Positions 60,241 to 64,000 of a stretch of 64,000 nt of DNA are shown in pieces. Under the pieces are notes generated by a model. It did no database searches, was not told the DNA's origin, and saw nothing but the letters and a program-made list of their open reading frames with translations. A program made the translations under genes and the position numbers. This DNA comes from Gemmatimonadota bacterium. Its GTDB lineage: Bacteria > Gemmatimonadota > Gemmatimonadetes > Gemmatimonadales > GWC2-71-9. Position 1 is the stretch's first letter; each line of letters opens with the position of its first letter. The stretch spans positions 4,708 through 68,707 of the forward strand of contig JADJPD010000029.1 of assembly GCA_016713435.1 (NCBI GenBank), written 5' to 3'.

Positions 60241-60894
60241 TCAGTGCAGCGTGATCCCCACCCCGATCCCCACCACCCGCTCGTCGTGCGTGTCGTAGTG
60301 CTGCCGCTGGATGTCCACCAGCGGCGTGATCGACGCGCGCCGCCCCACCGGGATGTCGTAGCCGAGGCCGATCGAGACCGCCGAGCCGTTCTTCGTGATG
60401 GTCCGGCCGCCGGGTCCGTACTCATCGTACACGTCCGCCGCGAAGCCGAGCCCGCCCTTGAGCCAGAGGCCGCTGTTCCGGGCCGGGTACCATTGCCCCA
60501 CCGCCATGATGGTGCCGAGGGACCGGTCGTAGCCCTCGTAACGATAGGTCCGCGCCCAGCCGTTGAGCTCCACGCCCAGCAGGAACGAGCGGCTGACGGT
60601 GCCGCCCAGCTTGATGAACACCATGCCGCCGCCCTGGTCGTCGCTCCAGCCCAGGCCGTCGTTGGCGTCGAACGATTCCGATCCGGCCCCGAGCCCCGCC
60701 GAGAACCACAGGCCGCGCCGGCGGCTCGTCCCGCCGTCGTCGTCGCGCACTTCACGCAGGCCGCAGCGGCAATCGCCGTCGCGATCACGCGGCCGCGCGG
60801 GACGGCGCTCGGTGGTGCTGTCATCCTGGGCGTGGGCCGCGGCCGGCAGCGCCAGCGCGAGGAGGGCCAGGGTGGTGAAGACGATGCGTCGCAC
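60241..60894 (-). CDS. Small outer-membrane beta-barrel protein
   Basis: GTG 60894 is preceded by AGGAGG. The signal peptide is ..LPAAAHAQ. It has beta-strand periodicity and a terminal GIGVGITLH. Confidence 0.65.
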   Translation of the reverse strand: MRRIVFTTLALLALALPAAAHAQDDSTTERRPARPRDRDGDCRCGLREVRDDDGGTSRRRGLWFSAGLGAGSESFDANDGLGWSDDQGGGMVFIKLGGTVSRSFLLGVELNGWARTYRYEGYDRSLGTIMAVGQWYPARNSGLWLKGGLGFAADVYDEYGPGGRTITKNGSAVSIGLGYDIPVGRRASITPLVDIQRQHYDTHDERVVGIGVGITLH

Positions 60895-60908
60895 GGGAAA
60901 CCTCCTGG

Positions 60909-61640
60909 TTAGTCGTGTGCGGAATACTGAACGGTGAGGCCAAGGGTGAGGACCCGCTGGCGATAGCCGCCCGGGCCCCCGACATCGAGGAAATACAGGT
61001 CCACGGCGGGACCGATCGTGGTGTGGGTCCCGACGGGCACGAGGAGTCCCGCGCCCACGTTCCACGCCAGCCCCACGTCGAAGGCCAGCGGCACGTCGCA
61101 GTCGCAGTAGCCGTCGTCGAAGAGGTCGTTCCACCACGAGTCTTCCCACTGCAGCTGGTAGGCGCCGACCCCGCCGCCGGCCCGCAGGTAGAGCCCGGAG
61201 GACGGCGCCGGCGTCAGCCGCCCGCCGAGGAGCAGGAGGCCGGTGGTCTCGACGGTCTGGTTGCCGGTGAAGTTGATCCAGCCCATGGTCTCGAGCCCCA
61301 CCGAGAACTCGGGGGCCACCTGCGCCCCCACCCCGAACGAGGCCGTCGGCACCGTGTGGGACGGGGCGTAGGCGAGCCCGCCGTGCGGCCGGATGGAGAG
61401 CGCCGCCGCGCCGAGGTTGAAGCCGGCGTAGAAGCGCGGCTGGAAACGCTGCTCCCGCAGGTCGTCGTCTTCCTCTTCTATTGTGTCGTGATGATCCCGG
61501 GTCTCCGGTGCGGCCACCTCGGTGCTGTCCGGCACCTCCCGCAGGTAGGGATTGTCCCCGCGCCGGTCCTTCCCCGACTGGGCCAGGAGCGGCGCCGCGA
61601 GAGCGGCGAGGAGCAGGGTGGTGAGGGCGACGGGGCGCAT
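60909..61640 (-). CDS. Small outer-membrane beta-barrel protein with an acidic N-terminal linker
   Basis: The signal peptide is MRPVALTTLLLAALAAPLLAQS. An acidic stretch EEEDDD follows. It has beta-strand periodicity and a terminal LTLGLTVQYSAHD. Confidence 0.6.
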   Translation of the reverse strand: MRPVALTTLLLAALAAPLLAQSGKDRRGDNPYLREVPDSTEVAAPETRDHHDTIEEEDDDLREQRFQPRFYAGFNLGAAALSIRPHGGLAYAPSHTVPTASFGVGAQVAPEFSVGLETMGWINFTGNQTVETTGLLLLGGRLTPAPSSGLYLRAGGGVGAYQLQWEDSWWNDLFDDGYCDCDVPLAFDVGLAWNVGAGLLVPVGTHTTIGPAVDLYFLDVGGPGGYRQRVLTLGLTVQYSAHD

Positions 61641-61823
61641 GGAGTGCGGCTCCGGCTGGTTATGTTTGGGTCTCGAACGAGCTGCCTGACCCCTGTAGAT
61701 GCAAGCGGCGGACCAGATTTCGAACTTCCTTTCAAGTCATTCTGCCAGCAGTGCTTGCCGAGTTTTTCCACAGCCTGACGACTTACAAATTTTCGTCCGC
61801 CGAGAGCGGCTGGAGAGTTTTCG

Positions 61824-62546
61824 ATGACCACGAGCGGCCGCGCCAACCTCTTCCTTGGCCTCGCCGTTGTGCTTGCGCTGGTCTTCATACGGCTGGGCCT
61901 CTGGCAGGTCTCGCGGCTCCAGGAGAAGCGGGCCATCAATGCCGTCGCTGCGGAGCGCCGTGGCCGGCCGGTGGTGGACCTCGATGATCCGGCCCAGGCG
62001 GCCACGGTGGCCGGTGCCGGGATCCAGAACCGGCGGGTGACGATCACCGGGCGGTACGACGCGGCGGCGGAGGTGGTGCTGCGGGGGCAGATCGTGCAGG
62101 GGGTGCCGGGGGTCCGGTTCGTGACGCCGCTCCGGCCGCTGCGCGGCGACACGGCGATCCTGGTGCAGCGCGGCTATGTGTCGAGCCCCGATGCCCAGAC
62201 CATCGATCCGGCCAAGTTCGTGGAGGACGGGGTGGTGCGGGTGGCGGGCATCGGCCTCACGCTGCCGGACTCGGGCGTCCTGGGCCAGCCCATGGAGAAG
62301 GATGGCGTCACCACGTGGCGGCGGGTGGATCTCGCGGCGCTCCGCGCCCGGCTCCCCTATCCGGTGGCCGGCTATTACATCCTCCAGACCCCGGACTCCG
62401 CGCTTCCCAAGCTCCCGCGCCGCGACGACGCCCCCGCCTTCGACGAGGGCGCCCACCTGAGCTACGCCATCCAGTGGTTCGCCTTCGCCACCATCGCGCT
62501 GGTGGGGGGCTTCCTGTTCCGGTTCCGCCGCCCCGCGGAGCGCTGA
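61824..62546 (+). CDS. SURF1-family cytochrome oxidase biogenesis protein
   Basis: The N-terminal TM has LGLWQVSRLQEK and the C-terminal TM has HLSYAIQWFAFATIAL. Confidence 0.8.
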   Translation: MTTSGRANLFLGLAVVLALVFIRLGLWQVSRLQEKRAINAVAAERRGRPVVDLDDPAQAATVAGAGIQNRRVTITGRYDAAAEVVLRGQIVQGVPGVRFVTPLRPLRGDTAILVQRGYVSSPDAQTIDPAKFVEDGVVRVAGIGLTLPDSGVLGQPMEKDGVTTWRRVDLAALRARLPYPVAGYYILQTPDSALPKLPRRDDAPAFDEGAHLSYAIQWFAFATIALVGGFLFRFRRPAER

Positions 62547-62753
62547 GAACCGGCGGCGGATTGTTGCGTCTTCCCCCGTGGGGGCGTGTCCGCAGGCGTA
62601 CACCTATGTGGTGATGCCACAACAAGTTCCATTTTTCGCCTCGGACGGCGATTCGGAACTGCTGGCGCCATCGGCATTTAGGTGCTACCCTCTCCCTCCC
62701 GCGATAGGCACGACCCCTGCCGTCGCCGTATCCGTCTACTGCCCGCAGGTCCC

Positions 62754-64000
62754 GTGGTGTCTAGTCGTCCCTTCCGTCGCGCTCTCCTTGCCCTCCTCTG
62801 CGCCGCCACCCTGGTGCGCTGCGGCGGGGGCGATGACCTGACCCTCCCCTCCGAAGGCCTGCCCACCGCCATTGCCGCCCTCGCGGGCGACGGGCAGTCG
62901 GGCACCGTGGGGCAGCCGCTCCCGGACACGCTGATCGCGCGGGTGACCGACGCCAAGGACCGTCCGGTGCAGGGTGCGCGGGTGGTGTTCCAGGCCATCG
63001 CCGGGGGCGCCGGGGCCGACCTGATCCCCGACACCGCCGTGACCGACGCCGACGGCCAGGCCCGGAGTGTCTGGCTCCTCGGCACCCTGGCCGGGCAACA
63101 GCGGGTGGAGGCGCGGGTGATCGTGGCGCCGCCCGCCACCACCGTCCTCAAGACCCCGTTCACCGCCACCGCCCTCGCGGCGGCGGCGGATACCATCCTC
63201 GTGGTGAAGGGCCAGGGGCAGGTGGGCACCGTGGGCGCGGTGCTCACGGACTCGCTCGGCGTTCTGGTCACCGACCGCTTCGGCAATCCCATCAGCGGGC
63301 GGACGGTCAGCTGGACCGTGCCTGGCGGCCAGGGCTCGGTGAGCGCGGCGAGCACCGTGACCGGCGCCGACGGCCGCACGGCCGTGACCCGGCGCCTCGG
63401 CCCCAACGCCGGGGCGCAGACGGCCGCGGCGGCGTCGGCGGGGCTCAAGGGCTCTCCCGTCAGCTTCACGCACACGGCCACGGCGGGCGGCGCCACCACG
63501 CTGGTCAAGGTGCACGGCGACGCGCAGACGGCGCCGGCCGGCTTCCAGCTCACCGACTCCCTGGTGGTCCAGGCCCGGGACGCCAACGGCAACGGCGTCC
63601 CGGGGCTCAGCGTCATCTGGGTGGTGGCCACCGGCGGCGGCTCGGTCACGGCACAGAGCAGCGTCACTGATGCGCAGGGCCGCGCCTTCACCTTCTGGAA
63701 TCTCGGGCCGGCGGCCGGCGGCAACACCGTGACCGCGGCGGTCACCGGCCTGCCGCAGGTGAGCTTCAGCGCCACCGGCACCAGCGCGCAGCCGGCGGCC
63801 ATCCAGGCGCAGAGCGCCACCAGCCAGGCCGGCACCGCGGGCGCGGCCGTCGCCGCGCTGCCGTCGGTCAAGGTCACCGACCAGAACAACAACCCGGTCC
63901 CCGGGGTCACCGTCACCTTCGCCGTGACCCAGGGCGGCGGCAGCGTCTCCGACGGGCAGGGGAGCGGCCCGAGTGTCTCCATCCCCACCAACGCCGGCGG
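62754..64000 (+). CDS. Surface lipoprotein made of bacterial Ig-like modules, 3' end outside the window
   Basis: It is open from GTG 62754 (VVSSRPFRRALLALLCAATLVRCGGG) to the window end, so it is not in the ORF track. Modules include ARVTDAKDRPVQGARVVFQA, VTDRFGNPISGRTVSWTV, ARDANGNGVPGLSVIWVVATGGGSVTA and VTDQNNNPVPGVTVTFAVTQGGGSV. ORF 62678..63991(-) is its antisense shadow. Confidence 0.7.
   Translation, partial: MVSSRPFRRALLALLCAATLVRCGGGDDLTLPSEGLPTAIAALAGDGQSGTVGQPLPDTLIARVTDAKDRPVQGARVVFQAIAGGAGADLIPDTAVTDADGQARSVWLLGTLAGQQRVEARVIVAPPATTVLKTPFTATALAAAADTILVVKGQGQVGTVGAVLTDSLGVLVTDRFGNPISGRTVSWTVPGGQGSVSAASTVTGADGRTAVTRRLGPNAGAQTAAAASAGLKGSPVSFTHTATAGGATTLVKVHGDAQTAPAGFQLTDSLVVQARDANGNGVPGLSVIWVVATGGGSVTAQSSVTDAQGRAFTFWNLGPAAGGNTVTAAVTGLPQVSFSATGTSAQPAAIQAQSATSQAGTAGAAVAALPSVKVTDQNNNPVPGVTVTFAVTQGGGSVSDGQGSGPSVSIPTNAG

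Overview
This is a 64-kb window from a very GC-rich bacterial chromosome (well above 70% G+C by eye). The cell envelope looks Gram-negative: small outer-membrane beta-barrels, many lipoproteins and a TonB-like protein. A Gemmatimonadota-like lineage is only a low-confidence guess.

Gene content, in order:
1. An ABC-transporter-dependent glycan assembly locus (ArnT/PMT-like GT, four GT2s, Wzm/Wzt-like exporter).
2. A Cys-rich DUF326 protein, an HDOD-GAF regulator, a KefF/KefC-like K+ efflux pair and Ada.
3. A beta-alanine/beta-aminoisobutyrate-type catabolic trio (FAD oxidoreductase, class-III aminotransferase, MmsA).
4. Surface lipoproteins built from bacterial Ig-like modules. One is fused to a leishmanolysin-like protease, one is a giant of about 3,079 aa with a C-terminal seven-blade RCC1 propeller, and one is cut by the window end.
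5. A HEAT-repeat/HD-GYP pair, rhodanese, CobB and SufE.
6. A divergent icd/aceK pair, an ABC-F ATPase, an Nramp and an EamA transporter, and a di-haem cytochrome c peroxidase.
7. A five-tRNA cluster (His, Trp, Glu, Glu, Lys) and a pseudokinase-kinase.
8. An NPP/YkgJ/M19-dipeptidase operon, two more OM beta-barrels and SURF1.

I found no rRNA, CRISPR array, transposase, integrase, prophage or recognisable defence system.

The least-explained signals are these:
- (a) A family of roughly 220-235 bp elements with about 50-bp terminal inverted repeats. It occupies 4 of the 10 convergent gene junctions.
- (b) A 322-bp tract that is essentially 100% G+C, with G runs of up to 22 nt. A smaller G18/C10 tract sits inside one of the elements.
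- (c) At least six otherwise intact genes need 1-nt corrections. Where I could resolve the site, it lies in a short G or C run. This points to assembly indels rather than biology and limits confidence in every exact coordinate.

I see no clear novel multi-gene system. All family calls rest on reading motifs by eye, with no searches run.
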